NCBI GenBank assembly: GCA_964429805.1
Contig: CAYSDH010000009.1
Coordinates: 16,607 to 63,247 of the forward strand
Direction: 5' to 3'
Origin: an uncultured Flavobacteriales bacterium
Lineage (GTDB): Bacteria > Bacteroidota > Bacteroidia > Flavobacteriales_D > JABDKJ01
DNA length: 46,641 bases
Made by a program: the position numbers and the translations under genes. Within the stretch, counting starts at the first letter, position 1, and each line of letters starts with the position of its first letter. Positions 18,929 to 27,983 of the stretch are shown one piece after another. Under the pieces are notes generated by a model. It saw only the letters and a list, made by a program, of their open reading frames with translations. It was not told where the DNA came from and searched no databases.

Positions 18929-19683
18929 TTGAGATAAAAAACATCATCAAGTCATTTAACGGCACGGTCATCACCAAAGACATATCTGGTGTGTTTGAGC
19001 AGGGCAAGATGAATATGGTCATTGGGCGCAGTGGCTCAGGCAAATCCGTGCTAACCAAGTGCGTGATAGGTCTCTACGAGCCTGACTCTGGTGAGGTCTA
19101 CTTTGATGGCCAACTCTTCTCGGCCATGAACCAAGAAGAAAAAACCGAAGTAAGAAAGCAGATTGGCATGCTCTTTCAGGCCAGTGCATTGTTTGACTCG
19201 ATGACGGTATTGGAGAATGTGATGTTTCCGCTCACGATGTTTAACGACAGCAGCAAGTCAGAAAATGAAGACCGGGCAATAGAGTGCTTGCGCAAAGTGC
19301 AGATTATAGACAAAGGACATTTATATCCTGCTGAGACAAGCGGGGGAATGCAAAAGCGTATAGCCATAGCTCGAGCCATTGCGATGGAACCCAAGTATCT
19401 ATTTGCAGATGAGCCTAACAGTGGTCTTGATCCTCAAACGGCCATCGTGATTGACAACCTGCTGCAAGAAATCACTCAGGAATACAACACTACTACCATA
19501 GTAGTCACCCACGACATGAACTCTGTGATGGAGGTTGGTGACAATATTCTGTTCATACATGAAGGTCAAAAATGGTGGCAGGGCTCACCAACTGAGCTAA
19601 TCAGGTCTGAAAATCAGGAGCTCGTAAATTTCGTGTACGCCTCAAAGTTCATGAAGAAGATGAGAGAGCGACTCCTCAAATAA
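18925..19683 (+). CDS. mlaF: MlaF-family ABC transporter ATP-binding protein
   Basis: Walker A GRSGSGKS, LFQASALFDSMTV, signature SGGMQKR, Walker B FADEP, VTHD. Confidence 0.88.
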   Translation: MIEIKNIIKSFNGTVITKDISGVFEQGKMNMVIGRSGSGKSVLTKCVIGLYEPDSGEVYFDGQLFSAMNQEEKTEVRKQIGMLFQASALFDSMTVLENVMFPLTMFNDSSKSENEDRAIECLRKVQIIDKGHLYPAETSGGMQKRIAIARAIAMEPKYLFADEPNSGLDPQTAIVIDNLLQEITQEYNTTTIVVTHDMNSVMEVGDNILFIHEGQKWWQGSPTELIRSENQELVNFVYASKFMKKMRERLLK

Positions 19684-19830
19684 GTGCGGTCCACAGATTA
19701 GAACTGCAAGATTTAATTCTGTTTTCACCTCTTAGAACTGCGAGCTACGTGCCCATTAATGGCCTTCAAGTACAGTGCTTTTTACTACATTCGTTGCAAC
19801 GAAGTTGAACTATTTATAAAAGAAACGAAT

Positions 19831-20961
19831 ATGAAAAAACTGATACTATCATTTTTAATGATTGCAGCTGTAGGAGTCGCTTTCTCTCAGACTGTATTTT
19901 TTGACGAAGATTTTCAAGATGTCAGCGACATTGACATGATTGATAATCTTGACGATGCTGAGCCAGAGCAATGGGTAAACCTTGATGTGGATGAAGTAGT
20001 AGATAACAACGGTGATGTGTCTAATTGGTACTATGCTATTGGGCCAGAGCACAGTTTTGTTGACGGCACAACTACTGCATTTGTTGAGCTTGACGGTGTA
20101 GAAGACATGGAGATTAACGGTCTTTCTTTTCCTTGGCTTATTGAAGACGGAGTAGAGGATACAAACTTTGTATTCGGAAGCACAAGTTGGTTAACTGGTT
20201 ATGCAGATGGAAACAGAAACTGGTTGGTTCTTCCTGAAATAGAGCTTACTGAGCCTGCTGCATTGAGCTTTAAGTCTTCTACTGCTCAAGGACCACGTTA
20301 CAGCGATGGTTACTCAGTATGGATTGCTACTGCTGATTATGATGACCCAACATCATACGTAGAGCTAATGAGAGTTGCTCAGTGTGTGCCTCCTGTGCCT
20401 TCTTCAACAACTACTGGAGCTGATGCATTGGATTTGAATAATGGTCTTGTGAATCACGGACCTGGAACAATTCCTTACAACGGATTTGACCCAGCTTTAG
20501 AAGGTATGCAGTTTCACCTAGGTGGTCAGGACTATGACGCTGCAAGTTCTTACAGAGGACTTCTTGAGCCGTTTTCAGTTGACTTGTCTGCTTACGATGG
20601 TCAGACAGTGAGAATAGCATTCCTTCACGATTCTGATGACGATGTATCTATGGACCTTGACGAGATTCTTGTACAAGCAGTGGCTATCGGTCTTGACGAA
20701 GTAGTGACAGAGTACTACGGAATCTACCCTAACCCAGTTGAAGATGTGCTAAATATCCAGTTTACTGACAAGTTTGTAGGAAACGGAGTATACCGTGTTC
20801 TTGACGTAAATGGTCTTCTTGTAGCAAGAGGTGCATTTAACGGAACTGGTCTTGGTTCTACTGAGCGTGTAGCTGTTAGCCAATTGGCTGCTGGAAGCTA
20901 TACTTTCCAACTAATCGTGGAAGGTGAGCAGGCGTTGAACACTACGTTCATCAAGCAATAA
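19831..20961 (+). CDS. T9SS type A cargo with cleaved-adhesin / choice-of-anchor J-like domain
   Basis: ATG 19831 gives signal peptide MKKLILSF; NWLVLPEI...YSVWIAT...VDLSAYDGQTVRIAFLH...DLDEI; CTD IYPNPVEDVLNI...VSQLAAGSY...TFIKQ; TACATTCG at 19786-19793. Confidence 0.82.
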   Translation: MKKLILSFLMIAAVGVAFSQTVFFDEDFQDVSDIDMIDNLDDAEPEQWVNLDVDEVVDNNGDVSNWYYAIGPEHSFVDGTTTAFVELDGVEDMEINGLSFPWLIEDGVEDTNFVFGSTSWLTGYADGNRNWLVLPEIELTEPAALSFKSSTAQGPRYSDGYSVWIATADYDDPTSYVELMRVAQCVPPVPSSTTTGADALDLNNGLVNHGPGTIPYNGFDPALEGMQFHLGGQDYDAASSYRGLLEPFSVDLSAYDGQTVRIAFLHDSDDDVSMDLDEILVQAVAIGLDEVVTEYYGIYPNPVEDVLNIQFTDKFVGNGVYRVLDVNGLLVARGAFNGTGLGSTERVAVSQLAAGSYTFQLIVEGEQALNTTFIKQ

Positions 20962-20979
20962 GATTCTGCTCTACGGAGC

Positions 20980-21019
20980 AAAAAGAAAACCCTCTCGTCA
21001 ATGACGGGAGGGTTTTTTT
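20980..21019. terminator. Bidirectional Rho-independent terminator between the adhesin gene and gcvP
   Basis: aaaaccctctcgtc-aat-gacgggagggtttt hairpin (one G-T pair) flanked by A and T runs between convergent genes. Confidence 0.85.
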
Positions 21020-21152
21020 GTGCCTCACTGTTGAGGTTATATTTTCAATTGTGACACGGCTCAATGACGATTGCTGCGTTGATTAGGTTCTGGATTTATT
21101 CTGATACATAAGAAGAATCAGAAGCACCGAGAAACTTCAACTCGTTCTCTCC

Positions 21153-24029
21153 TTACTGCGCCACTAGCGAGTTATCATCTTCTGCATACTCTTCTATTGA
21201 CGGACATGAGCAGATCAGATTACGATCACCGTATGCATTGTCAATGCGCGCAACTGGAGGCCAGTATTTCTGCTCTCTCACATACGCGGCAGGATACACT
21301 GCTTTTTCTCTGCCATAAGCATGGGTCCACTCGGCCACTATTTCTTCTGATGTATGAGGCGCCTGCACCAGTACGTTGTCCTCTACAGGATACTTTCCTT
21401 CTTCAATCTCACGGATCTCTTGACGGATACTTTTCATGGCCACTACAAAGCGGTCAAGCTCCTCTTTAGACTCACTTTCAGTTGGCTCTACCATGATGGT
21501 GCCTGCCACAGGAAATGACACTGTCGGGGCATGAAAACCATAATCCATGAGGCGCTTTGCGATGTCAGCCACCTCAACTTTGGCAGTTGACTTAAACTCT
21601 CGGCAGTCTATGATCATCTCATGGGCCACTGTTCCAGAGACTCCTTTGTACAAGATGTCATACTCTCCTTCTAACTCCGCCTTCAGATAGTTGGCATTCA
21701 GAATGGCATTCTCGGTGCTTTCAGTCAAGCCGTCTGGGCCCAGCATTTTGATATAACCATAAGAGATGAGCAGAATGAGTGCAGAGCCATAGGGCGCTGA
21801 AGAAATAGCTGAAATGGCTTTTTCTCCACCCGTCTTGACCAGCGGGTTGCCTGGCAAGTAAGGCACTAGTTTTTCGACTACGCCTATGGGGCCCATGCCC
21901 GGTCCACCACCACCGTGAGGTATGGCAAAAGTCTTGTGCAGATTGAGGTGACACACGTCAGCTCCAATCTTACCCGGACTGGTCAGTCCGACTTGAGCAT
22001 TCATGTTTGCTCCGTCCATATAGACTAAGCCTCCATGCTGATGAATCACTTCATTAATCTCTACAATATCATGCTCAAATACGCCATGCGTAGAAGGGTA
22101 CGTGATCATCAGTCCCGCTAAGACATCGGCAAATTCTGTGGCCTTGGCACGAAGGTCATCAAGCGATACGTTACCATGCTTATCACAGGCCACTACCTTC
22201 ACTTTATAACCCGCCATGATGGCGCTCGCTGGATTTGTACCATGCGCAGATGAAGGAATCAAGACGACATTTCTATGCGCATCGCCATGGTCTTCATGGT
22301 ACGCTTTAATGACCATTAATCCAGAGTACTCTCCTTGCGCACCTGAGTTAGGCTGCAAAGAAACATCAGCAAAGCCCGTGATCTCACTCAAGTCTTTGGC
22401 CAGTTCTGTGAGCATGGTTCTGTAGCCTTCTGTTTGAGCAGTAGGCACAAATGGGTGTATGTTGGCAAACTCTGGCCAAGACAAAGGCTCTAGTTGAGCA
22501 GCCGCATTGAGCTTCATGGTGCATGAGCCAAGTGGTATCATGGAGTGGACGAGAGAGATGTCTTTGTTCTCTAGTCTCTTCATGTATCTCATCATCTGTG
22601 TCTCAGAGCGCATGCTATTGAAGATGTCATGCTGCAAGAATTCTGAACTTCTTTTGAGCGCACCTAAACTGTGGTCAGACTCGTTTGAAGTCACTGCATT
22701 TTTACCCAAGGCATCTGAAAAGATAGCCATGATATGGTCCACATCTGATGCCGTAGTAGTTTCATCTAGACTGATACTGATGACCGAGTCTGAGGGATAA
22801 TAAAAATTAATCATCCGCTCATTTTCAGCGAGCGATCTCACTGCCGAAGAAAGCTCAGCGCTTGGCATCTCTACTCTGAGCGTGTCAAAGTAATGTGTGT
22901 TTGTCAAACCAAGTCCGAGTGATGCCAATCCTGACTCAAGCGCACAGGCGCGGCTGTGAATGGTTGAGGCAATCTGCTTCAATCCTTTTGGACCATGGTA
23001 GACGGCATACATACCAGCCATAACGGCTAGCAAAGCTTGGGCCGTGCAGATATTAGAGGTGGCCTTGTCACGTCTGATGTGCTGCTCTCTAGTTTGCAGC
23101 GCCATGCGGTAACCGACCTTTCCTAGTCTGTCTTTTGATACTCCGATAATTCTGCCGGGCAGGTTTCTTTTAAACTCTTGTCTTGTAGCGAAGAAGGCTG
23201 CGTGTGGTCCTCCAAATCCTATTGGCACACCAAATCGTTGCGTACTTCCTACTACGACATCTGCTCCCCACTCACCTGGAGGAGTAAGCAAGACCAAACT
23301 CATGATGTCTGCCGCACAGACAACTTTCATTTCTAGCGCGTGACACTGAGTGACAAATGAGGCGTAATCTCGCACATTTCCATCGCCAGCAGGATACTGC
23401 ACGAATGCACCAAAAAAGGACTCGTCAAGTTGACTTGAGGCAAAGTCACCGATTACCAAGTCAATACTCAAAGCGGTGCCTCTCGTCTTTAAAATATCAA
23501 GGGTCTGTGGGTAGGTGTTTTGGTCAATGAAAAACTTGTTTGCTCCGCTCTTTGACTTTGCTCTAGACATGGAGTTGTAGAGCATAATCATTCCCTCAGC
23601 AGCAGCAGTTCCCTCATCAAGTAGGCTGGCATTGGCAATCTCCATTCCTGTCAGATCCATGACCATGGTCTGAAAGTTTAGAAGGGCTTCTAATCGACCT
23701 TGTGAGATTTCGGCTTGGTATGGCGTGTAGGCCGTGTACCATCCTGGATTCTCAAAAATATTTCTGCGAATAACTGGTGGCGTTATGGTGCCATGATAAC
23801 CAAGACCTATGTAGGTTTTGAATTCTCTGTTACTCAGCGACAAGCCACGCAAATGTTCCAAATACTCAGTTTCCGACATGGCTTGCGTGATGTCAAGCGC
23901 TCGTCCATTTCTGATGTCAGTTGGTACTGTCTTCGCGATCAGACTTTCTATATCAGCTTCACCAATGCGGCTGAGCATCTCTGCACGCTCCTGCTCGTTT
24001 GGTCCGATGTGTCTGTGTTTGAATTTCAT
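21153..24029 (-). CDS. gcvP: Glycine dehydrogenase (aminomethyl-transferring), glycine cleavage P protein
   Basis: RHIGP, YTPYQAEISQGRLE, NASLLDEGTA, REQHIRRDKATSNICTAQ, PLGSCTMKLN, HLNLHKTF (PLP Lys), PHGGGGPG, EPTESE. TATATTTG at 24052-24059 (-). Confidence 0.98.
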   Translation of the reverse strand: MKFKHRHIGPNEQERAEMLSRIGEADIESLIAKTVPTDIRNGRALDITQAMSETEYLEHLRGLSLSNREFKTYIGLGYHGTITPPVIRRNIFENPGWYTAYTPYQAEISQGRLEALLNFQTMVMDLTGMEIANASLLDEGTAAAEGMIMLYNSMSRAKSKSGANKFFIDQNTYPQTLDILKTRGTALSIDLVIGDFASSQLDESFFGAFVQYPAGDGNVRDYASFVTQCHALEMKVVCAADIMSLVLLTPPGEWGADVVVGSTQRFGVPIGFGGPHAAFFATRQEFKRNLPGRIIGVSKDRLGKVGYRMALQTREQHIRRDKATSNICTAQALLAVMAGMYAVYHGPKGLKQIASTIHSRACALESGLASLGLGLTNTHYFDTLRVEMPSAELSSAVRSLAENERMINFYYPSDSVISISLDETTTASDVDHIMAIFSDALGKNAVTSNESDHSLGALKRSSEFLQHDIFNSMRSETQMMRYMKRLENKDISLVHSMIPLGSCTMKLNAAAQLEPLSWPEFANIHPFVPTAQTEGYRTMLTELAKDLSEITGFADVSLQPNSGAQGEYSGLMVIKAYHEDHGDAHRNVVLIPSSAHGTNPASAIMAGYKVKVVACDKHGNVSLDDLRAKATEFADVLAGLMITYPSTHGVFEHDIVEINEVIHQHGGLVYMDGANMNAQVGLTSPGKIGADVCHLNLHKTFAIPHGGGGPGMGPIGVVEKLVPYLPGNPLVKTGGEKAISAISSAPYGSALILLISYGYIKMLGPDGLTESTENAILNANYLKAELEGEYDILYKGVSGTVAHEMIIDCREFKSTAKVEVADIAKRLMDYGFHAPTVSFPVAGTIMVEPTESESKEELDRFVVAMKSIRQEIREIEEGKYPVEDNVLVQAPHTSEEIVAEWTHAYGREKAVYPAAYVREQKYWPPVARIDNAYGDRNLICSCPSIEEYAEDDNSLVAQ

Positions 24030-24151
24030 TTTGGTCTCAAATCTTGTTTGGCAAATATAAAGTGCTGTGTCCAGCTCTATGACCGTTTTTGATCAATATT
24101 CGCTGTATTTTTCACATAGTATTCAGACTATACTATCTTTGGTCAACCACT

Positions 24152-24775
24152 ATGAAACACTGTCTAAAAGCCTCACTACTAGCCGTTCTGCTCTTTCTAA
24201 TCGGGCATTCTCTCACTGGGCAAGACACGCTCATGCTCATGAATGGCCAAATTCTCAATGTGGATATCACCGATGACAGTGGTGCCAACATCTTCTTTAA
24301 TGCACCCAAGAAGAATGGGAAGATGAAGTCATTTAGCCTGTACAAAACAGACATTTTTTCGGTCACTAAAAAGGGTCAAGCCGAGTCTGTGCTCTATGTA
24401 AAAGATGAGCCCATGGGCAATGAATATTCTGTGCCAGAGATGCGCTACTTTCTGCACGGTGAAAATGATGCTCGAAAGGGATTTAGAACTTGGCCAACGG
24501 CCGTGGGTGGTGTCATCTACGGAGCGGCAGGAACCATGGTGATGGGACGCAGCCTTATTCCTTTTGCCTTGTTTCCAGTGACCTATAGTCTGGGCATGCA
24601 ACTGCCCGTGATTAAAATCAGAAAAGAGACAATCTCAAACACTGACTTCCCGAGTCAGCCGACATATAAAGAGGGGTATAACAAAGTGGCTCGAAGCAAG
24701 AAGTTCATCAAGTCATTTGTGTACACATTTGCGGGAGTGGCCATTGGCACAGCGGCCATCGAACTCACTGACTGA
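24152..24775 (+). CDS. Hypothetical exported/membrane protein
   Basis: ATG 24152 gives a signal peptide; TATCTTTG at 24134-24141; DTLMLMNGQIL beta-domain start; Gly-rich hydrophobic helices in the C-terminal half. Confidence 0.7.
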   Translation: MKHCLKASLLAVLLFLIGHSLTGQDTLMLMNGQILNVDITDDSGANIFFNAPKKNGKMKSFSLYKTDIFSVTKKGQAESVLYVKDEPMGNEYSVPEMRYFLHGENDARKGFRTWPTAVGGVIYGAAGTMVMGRSLIPFALFPVTYSLGMQLPVIKIRKETISNTDFPSQPTYKEGYNKVARSKKFIKSFVYTFAGVAIGTAAIELTD

Positions 24776-24831
24776 GGCGCGCATTGCTTTAATGGCTAAC
24801 TTTGTAGCTCAATAATACATTATATCAAGTC

Positions 24832-25251
24832 ATGTACCCAGCAGAGATAGTCATCCCGATGAAAAACGAACTAACCACGGTTGGTTTCAAAGAACTCAGT
24901 ACAGCTGAAGCTGTTGATTCGTTTGTGGATTCAACCAAAGGTGGCACGGCCATGTTGGTTATTAATTCTGTGTGTGGATGTGCAGCAGGAAGCATGAGAC
25001 CAGGTGTAAAAATGTCGCTGGAAAACGGCAAGCTGCCGACTCAACTAGCCACAGCATTTGCTGGTTTTGACAAAGAAGCTGTAGAGCAGGCAAGAAAACA
25101 CATGTTGCCATATCCTCCTTCATCACCGTCTATCGGCATATTTAAGGATGGTGCACTAGTGCACATGGTAGAGCGTCACCATATCGAAGGGCGCACCGCT
25201 GAGATGATTGGAGAGCACCTAAAGATGGTGTTTAATGAGGTCTGTGCTTAA
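24832..25251 (+). CDS. BrxA/BrxB (YphP/DUF1094) family bacilliredoxin
   Basis: MYP..V.PM..EL, NSVCGCAAG (CxC), FAG.DKEA, PPSSPSI.IFKDG, ERHHIEG; TAACTTTG at 24797-24804. Confidence 0.92.
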   Translation: MYPAEIVIPMKNELTTVGFKELSTAEAVDSFVDSTKGGTAMLVINSVCGCAAGSMRPGVKMSLENGKLPTQLATAFAGFDKEAVEQARKHMLPYPPSSPSIGIFKDGALVHMVERHHIEGRTAEMIGEHLKMVFNEVCA

Positions 25252-25294
25252 GTAAACTTCTTCAAGTATTCTTATTGGTTGGTGGATTGTGCGC

Positions 25295-25401
25295 GCACTG
25301 ATTTCTCAGTGGGTTTTTTCGATTGCCTTTATGTTAGAATTGCACGGATTTCTCGCGGGGGTTTTCATTTTCCTTCACGTTAGAATTACACAGACTTTTC
25401 G
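25295..25401. repeat. Degenerate 46-47-bp tandem repeat (~2.3 copies)
   Basis: gcactgatttctcagtgggttttttcgattgcctttatgttagaatt (25295), gcacggatttctcgcgggggttttcattttccttcacgttagaatt (25342), acacagacttttcg (25388). Confidence 0.6.
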
Positions 25402-25504
25402 GCTCCGTGATGTTTCGCTCGAAATGACGGGGTTTCATAATGAACATTTTCTAAATTGGAACCTCGTCATTTCGACTGAGGCGACAGCCGCACGGAGAAA
25501 TCTG
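25391..25504. repeat. REP-like long imperfect palindrome (CGTC-tagged type)
   Basis: cagac..ctccgtg...cgaaatgacggggtttc pairs with gaacctcgtcatttcg...cacggagaaatctg around an AT-rich spacer. Confidence 0.7.
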
Positions 25505-25748
25505 TTGAGGTGGAGTGCGCTAGACAATCAAGGTGCTTTTAAATTCAAGCCCTTCAATCCGATAGAGCTTCCTTTTTGAAACACGGCCTATACTCCGGGC
25601 CCTTCGACTGGCTTAGGGTCCTACCTTTTGATGTTTGTTTGGGATAGAGGATGCGTTCCACAACTACCATTTTTTTTGACAACATTTCACACCCCACGAA
25701 ATCTAACTACTACCCGAACCTAGTTGCACTTCTTTCGTACACATTGTT

Positions 25749-26540
25749 ATGGGGGAGAAGTGCATAGCGATAATCGGATGTGGGAACCTCGGAATGTCAA
25801 TTGCCCAAGGGCTAATAGATAAGCCGGGTTTCTCAGCCGAACGCTTATATCTTACACGCAGAAATACGGCCGCCCTTTCACACTTTGCGGCTAATGGAGC
25901 GCAGGTATTAACGGATAATTCTGCGGCTGCGGCCGCTGCTGACATTGTCATCTTAGCGGTCAAACCTTACAACATCCAAAAAGTAATCACAGAGATGAAC
26001 GGTTCGCTCGGTACGGGTGAGAAAACCATCGTCTCATTAGCTTCTGGCGTGAGCATATCTGTCATTAGAGAGTACCTTGACGGCAGCGGCTCAGTGTTTA
26101 GAGTGATGCCCAACATTGCTGCGGCCGTGTCAGAATCTATGAGCCTGATGGCCCATGACGGAGCGGATGACACGCAGGCTCGTGAAGTGAGCGATATTTT
26201 TAATGCCGTGGGCAAGAGCATCACCATAGATGAATCACTGATGGAAGCTGCCACCGTACTTGGCGCATGTGGTATTGCTTATGTGATGCGCTTCATGAGG
26301 GCCATGATACAGGGCGGTGTACAAATCGGTTTTAGTGCGGCCATTGCTTCGCAGATTGTGACGCAAACTGTGCTTGGTGCAGCAACCATGCTCAGCGAAA
26401 ACGACACGCACCCCGAAGCCGAAATAGACAAGGTCACTACGCCCAAAGGCTGCACCATAGTCGGGCTAAATGAAATGGAACACAACGGGTTTAGCTCATC
26501 CCTAATTAAGGGAATCGTGAAGAGCTTTGATAGTATCTGA
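25749..26540 (+). CDS. proC: Pyrroline-5-carboxylate reductase
   Basis: IGCGNLG, ILAVKP, SLASGVS, RVMPN, VTTPKGCTIVGLNEME. Confidence 0.95.
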   Translation: MGEKCIAIIGCGNLGMSIAQGLIDKPGFSAERLYLTRRNTAALSHFAANGAQVLTDNSAAAAAADIVILAVKPYNIQKVITEMNGSLGTGEKTIVSLASGVSISVIREYLDGSGSVFRVMPNIAAAVSESMSLMAHDGADDTQAREVSDIFNAVGKSITIDESLMEAATVLGACGIAYVMRFMRAMIQGGVQIGFSAAIASQIVTQTVLGAATMLSENDTHPEAEIDKVTTPKGCTIVGLNEMEHNGFSSSLIKGIVKSFDSI

Positions 26541-27974
26541 CTGAAGTGAGTCTATCGGTTCTTCTATAATCTCCGTAGCGATACTGTCTGCGACTTCGGT
26601 AATCATCACTGACGCAGAGTCTTGCTCGGCTTCCAATATTCCTTCAACAATCTTTAATTGGTCTAGGTCCCTTGACAAGAGATCATACATTCCTGCCTTT
26701 ACTTTTTCGGTGACCAGCATGTCTTTTAGGTAAAATGTCCAAAAGGTATTCTGCTCACTCAGTGACTTTTCTTTGAGATGCATGAGCGAGAGGCTGTCAT
26801 GTTCCAAAAAGTGATTTTGCACAGCTTGCCTGAGTATGTCAGTCGCTTGACCATGTCCGGTTGCGCTGACTGCCAAATCCATCAGCAAGCCCGTTGAGCG
26901 AATTTGTCTGTGACCGTCTATCGCGTCAAAAAAAGATGACAAATGAGCCTGAGCGTCTGCTTCTAATGGCTCAGTAAGTGTGCTATCTCCATCACCAAAC
27001 ACGGCTTGAAACTCGGAGTATGATCTCGGAAATTTTTTAAAATACAGCAACCACAAACTGTCTCTATTACTCTGAACATCAGTCTTTGAAAAGTAGCTGG
27101 CCAGACTGTCAGCCATCACAGGCAGTGGCACTTGCTTTGATTTTCTGATGACCTCTATCGGTCGTTGATCTTTTCTTACATAGCCCAGCAAGGCCTGGTC
27201 CAGTTCGTCTTGATATTCTTGAAATAAAGGGCATCCGTTATGCCCACCGCCCTGCAGCGAAACGAACTTGGCCAGTGGGTTAAGCTCAGAAAGTCGTAAG
27301 CCATCTCGATGGGGTATGACCTCATCATCTGTGCCGTGAAACATGGTGATGCCACACTTTATCTGAGCCATATGCTCATAACTGCGCATCGGGAATCGTA
27401 CGAGTGCCGTCACCGGCATGTAGGGATAATTATTCTTCCCAATCTCTTCTATGCTGTAATAAGGCGCTTCTAAAATGAGGTGAATGGGTTTTCTATTTGC
27501 TGCAGAATAGACCGCCACTCCTGTGCCGAGTGACTGACCGTAGATGACTATCTCCTCATCTGGATACATCTCCTTTATTCTGTCATAGACATCGAGACCA
27601 TCGCTGTAGAGTGTTTCTTGAGACAAGCTGCCGTCACTTTTACCATACGAGCGGTAGTCGCAGATTATGGTCGCATAACCACGATTAATGAAGTGGCTGG
27701 CAATGGGTGAGCAGACCTCAACATTGCCCGTGTTGCCATGCCAAAAAAGCACCACCCCGTTGGGTTTATCTACTTTAAAATGAATGGCGTTTAGATGGGT
27801 GCCATCCGTCATTTCTAATTCCAACTCTTCAAACGGACGAACAAATGTGTACTCATGATCTTCCGCTAATTCATAGGGATGAAACATGATAAACTCTTGT
27901 CCAAAGTACAGAGCAGCAACGGCTAGGGCGTATAAGACACCACAGAATAGGACTAGCCGTTTCAGAAATTTCAT
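26502..27974 (-). CDS. Alpha/beta hydrolase (ABHD13/Bem46-like) with ~225-aa C-terminal extension
   Basis: N-terminal TM; FWHGNTGN, DYRSYGKS, GQSLG (Ser), LEAPY, HGTDDEVI (Asp), GGGHN (His). Confidence 0.85.
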   Translation of the reverse strand: MKFLKRLVLFCGVLYALAVAALYFGQEFIMFHPYELAEDHEYTFVRPFEELELEMTDGTHLNAIHFKVDKPNGVVLFWHGNTGNVEVCSPIASHFINRGYATIICDYRSYGKSDGSLSQETLYSDGLDVYDRIKEMYPDEEIVIYGQSLGTGVAVYSAANRKPIHLILEAPYYSIEEIGKNNYPYMPVTALVRFPMRSYEHMAQIKCGITMFHGTDDEVIPHRDGLRLSELNPLAKFVSLQGGGHNGCPLFQEYQDELDQALLGYVRKDQRPIEVIRKSKQVPLPVMADSLASYFSKTDVQSNRDSLWLLYFKKFPRSYSEFQAVFGDGDSTLTEPLEADAQAHLSSFFDAIDGHRQIRSTGLLMDLAVSATGHGQATDILRQAVQNHFLEHDSLSLMHLKEKSLSEQNTFWTFYLKDMLVTEKVKAGMYDLLSRDLDQLKIVEGILEAEQDSASVMITEVADSIATEIIEEPIDSLQSDTIKALHDSLN

Positions 27975-27983
27975 TCTTGAGAT

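Noticed and set aside
24030-24151. Possible glycine riboswitch upstream of gcvP
   Set aside because: The gap is short and AT-rich, holds two divergent -7 elements, and shows no aptamer motifs.
25295-25504. CRISPR mini-array
   Set aside because: Only ~2 degenerate units, no unique spacers and no cas genes.
25289-25579. 96-aa ORF in the brx-proC gap
   Set aside because: GTG start, runs across the tandem repeat and the palindrome, and has no protein-like motifs.
25598-25620. cccttcgactggcttaggg, resembling another REP-type hairpin
   Set aside because: Too short and degenerate to support from a single copy.
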